From an uncultured Holophaga sp. (GTDB lineage: Bacteria; Acidobacteriota; Holophagae; Holophagales; Holophagaceae), in contig OY761614.1 of the NCBI GenBank assembly GCA_963664825.1, forward strand, positions 3,360,001-3,424,000: DNA of 64,000 nucleotides. The letters run 5' to 3'. The position numbers and the translations under genes were made by a program. Each line of letters opens with the position of its first letter. Positions within the stretch are counted from its first letter, which is position 1. Shown here one piece after another: positions 16,720 through 25,659 of this stretch. The notes under the pieces are model-generated. The model made no database searches. It was not told the origin of the DNA and worked only from the letters and a program-made list of their open reading frames with translations.

Positions 16720-19518
16720 CTACTTGGCCTCCAGCCAACTCCGGCCACTGCGCACCTCGGCGGCCAGCTTCACCCCCAGGGGGCCCAGATCGTCGGCCCC
16801 CTCCATGGCCTCCTTCAACAACTGGGAGGCCCGTTCCACTTCCTCAGGGGGGGCCTCCAGCAGGAGTTCGTCGTGGACCTGCAGCAGGAGCCGCGCCCGC
16901 AGGCCCGAGGCCTCCAGGCTGCGGTGCAGCCTCACCATGGCCCGGCGCATGAGATCGGCCGCCGTGCCCTGGACCACCGTATTGACCGCCACCCGCAGGC
17001 CCTGGGCCTGGAACTGCTTATTGGGGCTCTCCAGCTCCGGGATGCTGCGGAAGCGGCCCCAGGCCGTGCGCACCAGCCCATCCTTCAGGGCCTGTTCCTT
17101 GGTGCCTTCGATCCAGGCCGCCACCCGGGGCATGCGCTCGAAATAGCGCTCGATGAAGGCCTTGGCCTCCTTCTGACTGATGCCCAGCTGGGAGGCCAGG
17201 GCAAAGGCGCCCTGCCCATAGAGGAGGCCGAAGTTCACGGTCTTGGCCGCGCTGCGTTGATCGAGGGTGACTTCCTCCATGGGTATGCCCATCACTTCGG
17301 AGGCTGTGCGGCGGTGGATGTCCTCGTGGTTTTCGAAGGCCCCCAGCAGGATGGGATCCTGGGCCAAGGCCGCCACCACCCGCAGTTCGATCTGGCTATA
17401 GTCGGCGTCCAGCAGCATCCAGCCTTCCTCGGGCAGGAAGGCGCCCCGGATGGCCCGCCCCTCCTCGGTGCGCACCGGAATATTCTGGAGATTGGGATCG
17501 CTGGAGGCCAAGCGCCCGGAGGCCACGACCGCCTGGTGCAGCTTGGTGTGCACCCGCCCCGTGAGGGGGTTCACCATCCCCGGCAGGGCGTCCACGTAGG
17601 TGCCCAGGAGCTTGGCCAGTTCCCGGTGGCGCAAGAGCTCTCGGGCGATCTCCGCCCCGTGTTTCGAGGCGAGTTCTTGCAGGACTTCTTCATCCGTAGA
17701 GGGCGCCTTGGTCTTGCCGGTCACCTTGATGATGGGCAGTCCCAGCTTCTCGAAGAGGATCTTGCCCAACTGGACCGGGCTATTGAGGTTGAAGGGCTCT
17801 CCCGCCAACTCCAACACACGGTCCCCTGCGCGCTGGCGATCAGCCTGCATCTGGACGGAAAGCCTGGAGAGTTCCTTGAGATCCAGGCGGACGCCCGTGC
17901 GCTCCATGGCCGCCAGGATCTCCACCAGAGGCAAATCCACCTCCCGATAGAGGCGCTGGAGCCGGGGATCGGTCATCTGTTGTTCCAGGCTGTTGCAGAG
18001 CTGGAGGGCCAGATCGGCATCCTCGGCGGCATACTGCACGGCCTCTTCGAAAGGGGCCTCGTCGAAGCGCTTCTGGCCCTTGCCCTTGCCGACGAGAGTC
18101 TCGAAGGCGATGGGCCGGATATCCAGGTGGCGGGCGCTGAGATCGTCCAGGTTGTGCCGCAGGCCCGGCTCCACCAGGAAGCTCTGGACCATGGAATCGT
18201 CCTGAAGGCCCTGTACCTCGAAACCGTGCCGGGCCAGGACGATGAGGTCGTATTTCAGATTCTGTCCCACCTTGGCGACTCCGGCATCGGCCAGGAGAGG
18301 CCCCAGGATGCGCCGGGCCTCGGCGAAACTCACGTTGCCTTCGTCCAGGAAGGGCGCCAGTTCAAGCCAATAGGTCTCCGGATCGCCCTTGAGGTCCAGC
18401 AGGGAATCCGGCAGCCCAGAGCCCTCCAGGAGGCCCGGCAGCGCCCCTGCGATGTCATCTTCCAAGGGTTTGAGATGAGCCAAGGGGATGTAGAGCCCTG
18501 CGTTGGGCGCCCAGGCCAGGGAGAGCCCCACCATGTGCCCACGGGTGGCCTCCAGGTTTGTGGTTTCCGTATCCAGACCGAAGCGCCCAGCCTCACGGCA
18601 GGCCCTGACGGCCTGTTCCAGATCCTGAATGCCGGAGGCCGCCCGGTAGTGGCGTTCCACACCCGAGGTCACGGAGGCCTGGGTGAATGCCTTGGTGAGG
18701 CCCTGGAAGCCCAGCTCCTTGAAGGTGACTCGGGCCTTGGCCTCGTCCACGCCGGGATAGCGCAGTTCCCCTGCATGCAGGGGCAGCTCCAGATCCTTCA
18801 CCACCGTCACGAGGCGCTTGGTGAGCTCGAGCCAGGGCGAGGCTTCCTCCAGACCCGCGCGCTGACGGGGCTTGAGCTGCTCCTTGGCCTGAAGGATCGC
18901 CTCCAGGCTGCCGAAGGTCTCCAGCAGCTGGGCGGCGCCCTTCTCGCCGATGCCGGGCACGCCCTTCACGTTATCGGAAGCGTCTCCCACGATGGTCAGG
19001 TAGTCCACCACCTGTTCGGGCCACACGCCCATGCGCTCCCGCACGCCCGCCCGATCGTGCCAGACCTCGCCGTCCTTGGTGTTGAGCACCTGGATCTTCC
19101 GGTCATCGTCGACCAGTTGCAGCAGATCCTTATCCGGGCTCACGATCACGGCCGCAAGCCCCTGGGAGGCGGCCTCCAGGGCGAGGGTGGCCATCACGTC
19201 ATCGGCCTCGTAGCCCTGAAGCTGCACGATGGGAATGGAGAGGGCCTCCACCAGTTGGCGGATGAGCGGAATCTGAGGCCGCAGATCCTCGGGCATCTCG
19301 GAGCGGTTGGCCTTGTACTCCGGGTAGAGCTCGTGGCGGAAGGTCGGCCCCGATACATCGAACACGCAGGCCAGGTGCGTGGGCTGGTGCTTCTCGATGA
19401 GCTGCAGCACCAGGCGCGTGAAGGTCAGCGCCGCCCCATTCTTCAGCCGCGGATTGGCGAAGTAGGAGCGAAAGATGAAGGCAAAAGTGTCGATGAGATA
19501 AAGGCGATCCTCAGCCAC
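16720..19518 (-). CDS. polA: DNA polymerase I
   Basis: 5'-3' exonuclease (LYLIDT, YKANR, EADD, GDASDNVKGVPGIG); 3'-5' exonuclease (LDTET, YAAEDAD); polymerase motifs (DYSQIELR, KTVNFGLLYG, QVHDEL); GTG start after GGAGG. Confidence 0.98.
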   Translation of the reverse strand: MAEDRLYLIDTFAFIFRSYFANPRLKNGAALTFTRLVLQLIEKHQPTHLACVFDVSGPTFRHELYPEYKANRSEMPEDLRPQIPLIRQLVEALSIPIVQLQGYEADDVMATLALEAASQGLAAVIVSPDKDLLQLVDDDRKIQVLNTKDGEVWHDRAGVRERMGVWPEQVVDYLTIVGDASDNVKGVPGIGEKGAAQLLETFGSLEAILQAKEQLKPRQRAGLEEASPWLELTKRLVTVVKDLELPLHAGELRYPGVDEAKARVTFKELGFQGLTKAFTQASVTSGVERHYRAASGIQDLEQAVRACREAGRFGLDTETTNLEATRGHMVGLSLAWAPNAGLYIPLAHLKPLEDDIAGALPGLLEGSGLPDSLLDLKGDPETYWLELAPFLDEGNVSFAEARRILGPLLADAGVAKVGQNLKYDLIVLARHGFEVQGLQDDSMVQSFLVEPGLRHNLDDLSARHLDIRPIAFETLVGKGKGQKRFDEAPFEEAVQYAAEDADLALQLCNSLEQQMTDPRLQRLYREVDLPLVEILAAMERTGVRLDLKELSRLSVQMQADRQRAGDRVLELAGEPFNLNSPVQLGKILFEKLGLPIIKVTGKTKAPSTDEEVLQELASKHGAEIARELLRHRELAKLLGTYVDALPGMVNPLTGRVHTKLHQAVVASGRLASSDPNLQNIPVRTEEGRAIRGAFLPEEGWMLLDADYSQIELRVVAALAQDPILLGAFENHEDIHRRTASEVMGIPMEEVTLDQRSAAKTVNFGLLYGQGAFALASQLGISQKEAKAFIERYFERMPRVAAWIEGTKEQALKDGLVRTAWGRFRSIPELESPNKQFQAQGLRVAVNTVVQGTAADLMRRAMVRLHRSLEASGLRARLLLQVHDELLLEAPPEEVERASQLLKEAMEGADDLGPLGVKLAAEVRSGRSWLEAK

Positions 19519-19621
19519 ACTGCACCTCCGTGTTCAACGGAAGGGTCTCGCGCATCCGCCCAGCGGATCGCGAGAGGATGAAGGCAAAAGTGTCGATGAG
19601 ATAGAGGCTATCTTCAGGCAT
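19474..19621. repeat. Direct duplication of the polA 5' end (27 bp exact, ~45 bp imperfect, offset 103 bp)
   Basis: GATGAAGGCAAAAGTGTCGATGAGATA at 19474-19500 and 19577-19603, with similarity continuing to the two start codons (19518 and 19621). Confidence 0.9.
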
Positions 19622-19685
19622 CCCCCATTCTGGCAGATCGGAGAACTCGTCCCCCGAGGAGGGCACAAAAGCACTTCATACCGCC

Positions 19686-19713
19686 TTGACACGGAGAAGA
19701 GGGGAAAGATACT
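19686..19713 (+). promoter_or_regulatory. Putative sigma70 promoter for the TPR-yedE operon
   Basis: TTGACA-N16-GATACT in an AT-richer intergenic region about 60 bp upstream of 19774. Confidence 0.45.
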
Positions 19714-19773
19714 GAAGGCGATCCCAGAATTAAGAAATTCGAGCATATCCAGAATCAAAATCTTTTTTTTCTC

Positions 19774-20283
19774 ATGGTCGAGTCCATGAAACCAGATAGT
19801 TTCGATGTCGCGCTCATCTCAAGCGTGGTCCTCCTTGCGGGCGGAGCCTTGTGCCTGGGAATGACTTCCCGAAACCCGGCGACGAGGCCCCTCCAAGCCA
19901 ATCACCGGGTCCTGGAGGACTTGACCGCGGCCAGGGCCCTGTTGGATTCGGAGCGCACCCAGGAAGCCGTGGAGCACCTGCATCGCCTGGCATCAGAGAA
20001 CCCGGCCGTAGCCGAGGTCCATGCGCTCCTGGGCCAAGCCTTTCTGAGCTTGCGGGACTATCCCTCCTCCCTCCGGGAATACCGAATGGCCCTTCAGTTG
20101 GATCCGGATTACGCCGACGTCAAATCCGAAAAATTCGCGGGGCGCACGATCCGGATCGCCATCCGTGAGGGACTCAGCCGTACCCGCGCCGAGCTGGCGA
20201 GGGATCCCGGGAACAGGACCGCGAAGGGCACCCTGAAGGATGCCCACGACCTCGAGAGGATGCTCGCCGGGGGCTGTGGATGA
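19774..20283 (+). CDS. Membrane-anchored TPR protein ending in GGCG
   Basis: N-terminal hydrophobic helix; TPR-like AEVHALLGQAFLSLRDYPSSLREYRMALQLDPDY; ATGA overlap with the next gene. Start may be 19786. Confidence 0.75.
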   Translation: MVESMKPDSFDVALISSVVLLAGGALCLGMTSRNPATRPLQANHRVLEDLTAARALLDSERTQEAVEHLHRLASENPAVAEVHALLGQAFLSLRDYPSSLREYRMALQLDPDYADVKSEKFAGRTIRIAIREGLSRTRAELARDPGNRTAKGTLKDAHDLERMLAGGCG

Positions 20284-21383
20284 ACGAAGCCCAGCAAATA
20301 ATCAGAAACAGCTGGATATATTCCTTCATCAAGCGACATCTCGAGCTCCTCCTCACGGTCGCCACGGGAATCGCCATCGGCGTGGGAGGAACCTGTCTTG
20401 CATGCAGGGGCAACCCCCGAAATTCGGGGATCTGCGTGTCGTGCTTCATGGAAAATCTGGCCGGCGCCATGGGGCTTCACGACAACCTGCGGATGCAATG
20501 CATCCGCCCCGAACTCCTGGGTTTCGTCCTGGGGGCCGCCCTGGCCGCCATGATCGCCCGGGAGTTCAGGACCCGCGGGGGGTCCTCTCCCATGCTGCGA
20601 TTTGCGGGGGGCGTGCTCATGATCGTGGGATGTTCCATGTTTTTGGGATGTCCCATCCGCATGGTCATCCGCCTGGGCAATGGGGATTTCACGGCCCTGG
20701 CCGGTGTGCTGGGCCTGGTCTTCGGCGTGTGGTTGGGCTTCGAATTCCTGAGACATGGCTTTCACCTGGGTGATGCCAAGCCGCTGCCCCTCGTCAATGG
20801 GCTCGTCATCCCCCTCTTCATGGCGGCCCTGCTCTTCGCATGGTTCCTGCGCCCCTCCTTCATCCACTTCAGTCAGGTGGGACCCGGAGCCAAGATCGTG
20901 AGCGGAAAGCTGGCCCTGGGTACAGGCCTCTGCATCGGGATCCTCGCGCAGCGTTCGCGCTTCTGCCTGACGGGAGGCATCGGAAATTTCATCGCTTCCA
21001 GGGACGGAAAGCTCCTCAGCGGGATCCTCTCCATGCTGGCCTTCGCCTTCCTCGCCAGCTATTCAAGGAAGCTCTTCATGCCGGGTTTTGAAGGGCAGCC
21101 GGGCTCCCATCTGGCTTACGGGTGGAGCTTCCTGGGAATGGCACTGGTGGGCCTGCTCTCCATTCTGATGGAGGGTTGCCCTTTCAGGCAGCTCATCCGA
21201 GCCGGACAGGGCGATTCCGATGCGGGCGCCGCAGTGATCGGAATGCTCGGTGGCGGCGCCCTTGTCCAGGGCTGGAGCATCACGAGCACGAACCTGGGCC
21301 CCTCCTTAAACGGGCAGATCGCGACCCTCGCGGGGCTCGCCCTGGTGATTCTCACCGGCCTCTGCCTGCGTGTGCGGGAGTGA
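20280..21383 (+). CDS. yedE: YedE/YeeE-family putative selenium/sulfur transporter (selenium-metabolism type)
   Basis: GNPRNSGICVSCF, IRPELLGFVLGA, RGGSSP, FLGCPIR, QRSRFC, GCPFRQLI motifs; multiple TM segments. Confidence 0.88.
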   Translation: MNEAQQIIRNSWIYSFIKRHLELLLTVATGIAIGVGGTCLACRGNPRNSGICVSCFMENLAGAMGLHDNLRMQCIRPELLGFVLGAALAAMIAREFRTRGGSSPMLRFAGGVLMIVGCSMFLGCPIRMVIRLGNGDFTALAGVLGLVFGVWLGFEFLRHGFHLGDAKPLPLVNGLVIPLFMAALLFAWFLRPSFIHFSQVGPGAKIVSGKLALGTGLCIGILAQRSRFCLTGGIGNFIASRDGKLLSGILSMLAFAFLASYSRKLFMPGFEGQPGSHLAYGWSFLGMALVGLLSILMEGCPFRQLIRAGQGDSDAGAAVIGMLGGGALVQGWSITSTNLGPSLNGQIATLAGLALVILTGLCLRVRE

Positions 21384-21385
21384 CC

Positions 21386-22564
21386 ATGATCTACCTAAAC
21401 AACGCCGCCACGTCCCATCCCAAGCCAGATGCCGTCTATGAAGAGGTGTGCCGCGAACTCCGGAACGCCTCCGCCAATCCCAGTCGCTCGGCCCATCGCA
21501 TGGCCAGCGACTCCGGAAGGATGATCTTCGAGACCCGAGAGAAAGTGGCCAAGCTCTTCGGCATCCGTCATTCCGACAGGATCGTTTTCACCAACAACGC
21601 CACCAGTGCGCTCAATCTCGCCACCCTCGGCCTCCTGAAGGCTGGAGATCACTGCATCACCACGGGCATGGAACACAATTCCCTGACACGCCCCCTGGAA
21701 TTCCTGGCCCGCATGGGGGTGTCCGTGGACAAGGTGCCCTGTTCACCCAGGGGGGAGCTGGATGCGGCAAGAGTGGCCGCCTCGATCACGCCCCAGACGA
21801 GGCTCATCGCCCTCACCCATGCCTCCAATGTCATCGGGACGATCACACCCTTGGACACACTCGCGGAAATCGCCCATGGCCGTGGCATTCCGATCCTGGT
21901 GGATGCCGCGCAGACCGCCGGGTCCCTTCCCCTGGATGTGGAGGCGCTTTGTATCGATCTGCTCGCCTGCCCGGGGCACAAGGGCCTCCTCGGCCCCCAG
22001 GGCACGGGTTTCCTCTATGTGGCGCCCCATCTGCAACTGAGCCCCATCCTGTTCGGAGGCACCGGCAGTCACTCGGCGAACACCCGGATGCCTGATTTCC
22101 TACCGGACCGGCATGAGGCCGGAACCCTCAATTCACCGGGCATCGCCGGGCTTGGAGCCGGGGTGCAGTTTCTCCTGGACCAGGGCGTCCAGGAGATCCG
22201 GAATCACGAGACGCGGCTCTGTGGAAGGCTGATGGAGGGACTCCAGGGCATCCAGGGCCTGGAACTCTATGGCTTGGCCGAGCCCTCCCGAAAGGCCTCC
22301 GTAATCTCCTTCAACCTGAGGGACAGGGATCCCGCAGAGATCGGGAACCGTCTCGACGAGGAGTTCGATATCGCCGTGCGCGTGGGCCTCCATTGCGCCC
22401 CGGCCGCGCACAGGACCCTAGGCACCTTCCCCATGGGAGCGGTCCGATTGAGCCCCGGTTTCTTCAATACCCCCGGCGAAATGGATGCCGCCATCGAGGC
22501 CGTGGGTTGGATTGCCCGCAGCCATACCCACAAGACCCTGAGCTTCGCCGCGACAACCTCCTGA
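21386..22564 (+). CDS. Class-V PLP aminotransferase, cysteine desulfurase/selenocysteine lyase family
   Basis: MIYLNNAATSHPKP, EHNS, HASNVIG, DAAQTAG, PGHKGLLGPQG, EAGTLN, RVGLHCAP (catalytic Cys). Confidence 0.93.
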   Translation: MIYLNNAATSHPKPDAVYEEVCRELRNASANPSRSAHRMASDSGRMIFETREKVAKLFGIRHSDRIVFTNNATSALNLATLGLLKAGDHCITTGMEHNSLTRPLEFLARMGVSVDKVPCSPRGELDAARVAASITPQTRLIALTHASNVIGTITPLDTLAEIAHGRGIPILVDAAQTAGSLPLDVEALCIDLLACPGHKGLLGPQGTGFLYVAPHLQLSPILFGGTGSHSANTRMPDFLPDRHEAGTLNSPGIAGLGAGVQFLLDQGVQEIRNHETRLCGRLMEGLQGIQGLELYGLAEPSRKASVISFNLRDRDPAEIGNRLDEEFDIAVRVGLHCAPAAHRTLGTFPMGAVRLSPGFFNTPGEMDAAIEAVGWIARSHTHKTLSFAATTS

Positions 22565-22578
22565 ATGCCGGGGAAACC

Positions 22579-22797
22579 ATGCCGAACCCAGGCCCGATTC
22601 TCGTCTTCCAGAGCACCCATCTGACCTACAAGGCCGAACGCCTCCTGAAAAATTCGGCCATCCCATGCAATCTGGTGACCAAGCCCCGTCACATCAGTTC
22701 AGATTGCGGCCTAGCCATCCACCTGGAAGAGCAGGACCGGGCGCGCGGGCTCACCCTCCTGAGCGAATCGGGAGTGGAACCCCTGGGTGTCTGGTAG
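22579..22797 (+). CDS. DUF3343-type small putative Se/S carrier protein
   Basis: 72 aa; FQSTH...KAE...LVTKPRHISSDCGLAI signature; context next to yedE and the desulfurase. Confidence 0.82.
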   Translation: MPNPGPILVFQSTHLTYKAERLLKNSAIPCNLVTKPRHISSDCGLAIHLEEQDRARGLTLLSESGVEPLGVW

Positions 22798-22847
22798 GGA
22801 TGGAATACCAGGCAGGTTAGGCTGGAGCCTGGGAGCTGGAAGGGGCG

Positions 22848-24026
22848 ATGGCACATCTGGTGCGGTTAAAGCAGGGGAGGAGCCAGGACACATCCGTGAT
22901 CCCGTTGCCGCCCGAGGGGCTGACCCTCGGCAGGGACGCCACCTGCGGATGCTGCCTGGAGGATGTCACCGTCTCGCGCTGTCACGCGGAGATCCGCCGC
23001 ATCCAGGAGAACTGGGAGCTGCAGGATCTGGGGAGCCGCAACGGGACCTTCCTGAACCGGGCGCGCACCGAACGGGCCATCCTGCGCCACGGCGATTTCA
23101 TCAGCGTGGGCCGAGCCGCCTTCCACTTCGAGGATCCTCAGCCCCCGCGCATCCGCCCCCTGCCGGAACCTGAAGCCCTTTCCCCCAAGAGGCCAGGTCT
23201 CCTCGTGGCCTTGCCCCTGGTCCTTGTTCTGGCCGGAGCGATGGGCGCCTGGTGGCACTTCCACCCTTCTACACCGATGCCCGAAGCCCCCTTGGAGATG
23301 CCAGCAGCGGCGGCCATAGTCGGGCCAAAGGCCCAATCGGAGCCTCCCACCCCACCCCAGGGGCCGAAGCCCCCGCAGGCCATGGCCGCTCAGGCTACGG
23401 CCCCACCCCAGGCTGCGCCCTCCCAGATCCAGGCTCTAGCCCCGCCTGTCCAGACGCCGCCCCAGGCTGCCGCCCTGTCGGCCCAGGCGCCGCCCCAGGC
23501 TGCCGCCCTGTCGGCCCAGGCGCCGTCTGGCGTGCACTCGATGCACATCTCCCTCTCGCTCCAGGTGCAGGCTCACTTCGCGCCCCCCTACACGGGCAAC
23601 GACCAGGAATGGGACTCGGAGCAGGATCTGATGCTGGAACTGACGACCTTCCCCGTCCAGGGAACGGGGGGCTTTTACCATGGAAGGCGTGAAGGAGCCG
23701 CCTCCACCGACGACCTCAGATTCAGGGTGGAGGAAGGCCAGGTGACGAGCCTTCACTGGCGGGCCCAGCGCAGGCTGGCACGCACCTTCGAGGATGGGCG
23801 CCACGAGCCCCTGCGCGAAGACCAGTGGGAGATTGATATGCCCCGCATGAATCGCCAGCATGCCGACATGTTCCAGTGGCATCCCGGACAAGGCCCCTCC
23901 CCTAAGATGACCTATGCCGTGTCCTTCTTTCCCGGAGGGGGCCACGCCCACCTCACCCAGGCACTCTGGACAAACGCCAGCCCGGGCCACCCTGAACCCC
24001 TCGTGAAGATCCACCTTGATCGGTAA
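22848..24026 (+). CDS. FHA-domain membrane protein with Pro/Ala linker and unknown C-terminal domain
   Basis: FHA motifs LGR, VSRCHA, DLGSRNGTFLN; one TM helix; Pro/Ala/Gln-rich linker. Confidence 0.85.
   Translation: MAHLVRLKQGRSQDTSVIPLPPEGLTLGRDATCGCCLEDVTVSRCHAEIRRIQENWELQDLGSRNGTFLNRARTERAILRHGDFISVGRAAFHFEDPQPPRIRPLPEPEALSPKRPGLLVALPLVLVLAGAMGAWWHFHPSTPMPEAPLEMPAAAAIVGPKAQSEPPTPPQGPKPPQAMAAQATAPPQAAPSQIQALAPPVQTPPQAAALSAQAPPQAAALSAQAPSGVHSMHISLSLQVQAHFAPPYTGNDQEWDSEQDLMLELTTFPVQGTGGFYHGRREGAASTDDLRFRVEEGQVTSLHWRAQRRLARTFEDGRHEPLREDQWEIDMPRMNRQHADMFQWHPGQGPSPKMTYAVSFFPGGGHAHLTQALWTNASPGHPEPLVKIHLDR
23455..23525 (+). repeat. 33-bp coding tandem repeat (2 exact copies, PPQAAALSAQA)
   Basis: CGCCGCCCCAGGCTGCCGCCCTGTCGGCCCAGG at 23455-23487 and 23488-23520. 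Confidence 0.9.
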
Positions 24027-24030
24027 TCCC

Positions 24031-24870
24031 GTGAACCCAGCCCATCACATCCCCCTGGTCTGCCCCGTGCGCGGGTGCTCGGAACCCTTGAGCTGGGAGC
24101 CTTCCCGCGCCATCTGCGCTGCGGGTCATCTCTTCGACCGGGCCCGCAGCGGCTACTGCAATCTGCTCCAAGTGCAGGACCGGAAATCCAAGCACCCCGG
24201 GGATTCCAAGGCCGCCGTGCAGGCGCGCCGCCGCTGCCTGGAGCGGGGCTTGGGGGACGGGCTCCGGGAGGCCCTCTGCGCCCAAGTGGCCTCCTGGAAT
24301 CTCCCGCCAGGAGCCGTGGTGCTGGATGCGGGCTGCGGCGAGGGCTACTACCTGGAGGCCCTCTGCGCGCGGTTCGGCTGCGAGGGGTGGGGAGTGGATA
24401 TCTCCACCCCCGCCATCGAGGCCGCGGCCCGCACCCGGCCCCTTCCCCGCTGGCTGGTGGCCAACGCGGACCGCGCCCTGCCCTTCGCGGACGGCAGCCT
24501 GGATCTGATCACGTCCATCACGGCCCGGAAGAACCCGGAGGAATTCCATCGGATGCTGGCGCCGAAGGGTCATCTCCTGGTGGCCGTGGCCCATGAGGAT
24601 GATCAGATGGAACTCCGGGGGGCCCTCTTCGGCGAGGTCCCGGATTCGGACCGGGCCGGGGCCACCGTCACCGCCTTCGAATCCCTCTTCGAGCTGGAGG
24701 AGGAGACGGTGGTGAGCTCCCGGCTGGGGCTCGATCCTGCGGCACTGAGGGATCTCCTGCTGGGCAGTTACCGGGGCGAGCGTTTCAGCGCCCAAAAGGC
24801 CCTGGAAGGGCTCGAGGCCCTGGAGGTGACCCTGAGCTACCGGATCCTGAGTTTCAGGCCGCAGAATTAG
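24031..24870 (+). CDS. RlmA-like SAM-dependent rRNA methyltransferase with N-terminal zinc finger
   Basis: CPVRGC...CAAGHLFDRARSGYCNLL, PGDS, LDAGCGEGYY, GVDIS; GTG start chosen at 24031. Confidence 0.85.
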   Translation: MNPAHHIPLVCPVRGCSEPLSWEPSRAICAAGHLFDRARSGYCNLLQVQDRKSKHPGDSKAAVQARRRCLERGLGDGLREALCAQVASWNLPPGAVVLDAGCGEGYYLEALCARFGCEGWGVDISTPAIEAAARTRPLPRWLVANADRALPFADGSLDLITSITARKNPEEFHRMLAPKGHLLVAVAHEDDQMELRGALFGEVPDSDRAGATVTAFESLFELEEETVVSSRLGLDPAALRDLLLGSYRGERFSAQKALEGLEALEVTLSYRILSFRPQN

Positions 24871-24876
24871 CGGGGT

Positions 24877-25659
24877 TCATTCCTGCTTCCGATAGACGGC
24901 GGTGGCCTTTTCATGTTCCTTGCCCGGCACCCAGAAGACCTGGGTCAGGGTCTGGCCGTCCCTGGAGACCTTGAGGGTGCCCAGGTTCACCACCTTGTCG
25001 TTGTACTTGTTGACGTATTTCAGGTGCGAGGGGCCCGCCATCGTGATGGAGATGGTGTAGCCCTCCGGGGTTTCGGGGCCGACGTAGGGGAAAGGCGTTC
25101 CATCGGTGGGACCGGTGGCGATCTCCTTGTCGGCGGGGATTTCCAGACGGATCTGGCCCGGCGCGGGGACCCCGATGATGAAGGTCTCGCTGGTGGTCTG
25201 GGCCTGGATATTCTTCCAGGTGCCCAGGAGCCCTGGCCCCCCGGAGACCCGGGTATAGACGTCCTTGCCTTGAGTCTGGGTGCCATCGGGCCGGAAGCTC
25301 GTGTACTCGATGGTCAGGGTCTTCCCGTCGGCGCTGAGGCTGCGGTGGCTCTTGCCGGCGACCTTGTCTCCCAACTGCCATTCCGAATCCCAGGCATTCT
25401 CGCCCACCGGGGTCCAGGTGACGGTGTAGCCCCCCATATTGGGATAGGGCTTCCCGTCCAGGCCAAAATCGAATTCCCGGGTGCTGCCATTGGAAAAGTG
25501 CATCAGGCCCGAGGAGGTGGTGGAGTAGGTGAAGGTGTCCCCGGTGAAATGGCTCTTTTCGGTATCCAGCTTCCAGGTGCCCTGGAAGGGGCTCGGGGCG
25601 GCCATGGCGGGGCCCGCGGTGGAAACCAGCAGGACGAGGGCGAAGGCGAGGTTCTTCAT
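24877..25659 (-). CDS. Secreted protein with two tandem lipocalin-like repeats
   Basis: GGAGG RBS; signal peptide; internal duplication GTWK...DGKPYP...SADGKTLT...VYTR / GTWK...DGTPFP...SRDGQTLT...VYRK. Confidence 0.8.
   Translation of the reverse strand: MKNLAFALVLLVSTAGPAMAAPSPFQGTWKLDTEKSHFTGDTFTYSTTSSGLMHFSNGSTREFDFGLDGKPYPNMGGYTVTWTPVGENAWDSEWQLGDKVAGKSHRSLSADGKTLTIEYTSFRPDGTQTQGKDVYTRVSGGPGLLGTWKNIQAQTTSETFIIGVPAPGQIRLEIPADKEIATGPTDGTPFPYVGPETPEGYTISITMAGPSHLKYVNKYNDKVVNLGTLKVSRDGQTLTQVFWVPGKEHEKATAVYRKQE

Noticed and set aside
16654..19581. 975-aa plus-strand ORF; likewise 7834..10593, 4176..6074, 28765..31200, 39207..42284 and 49673..52555
   Set aside because: Antisense shadows of well-supported genes. 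High GC3 codon bias suppresses stops on the opposite strand, and the translations have no recognisable motifs.
23455..23525. 33-bp repeat as a CRISPR array
   Set aside because: Two abutting copies with no spacer, in frame within a coding linker; no cas genes.
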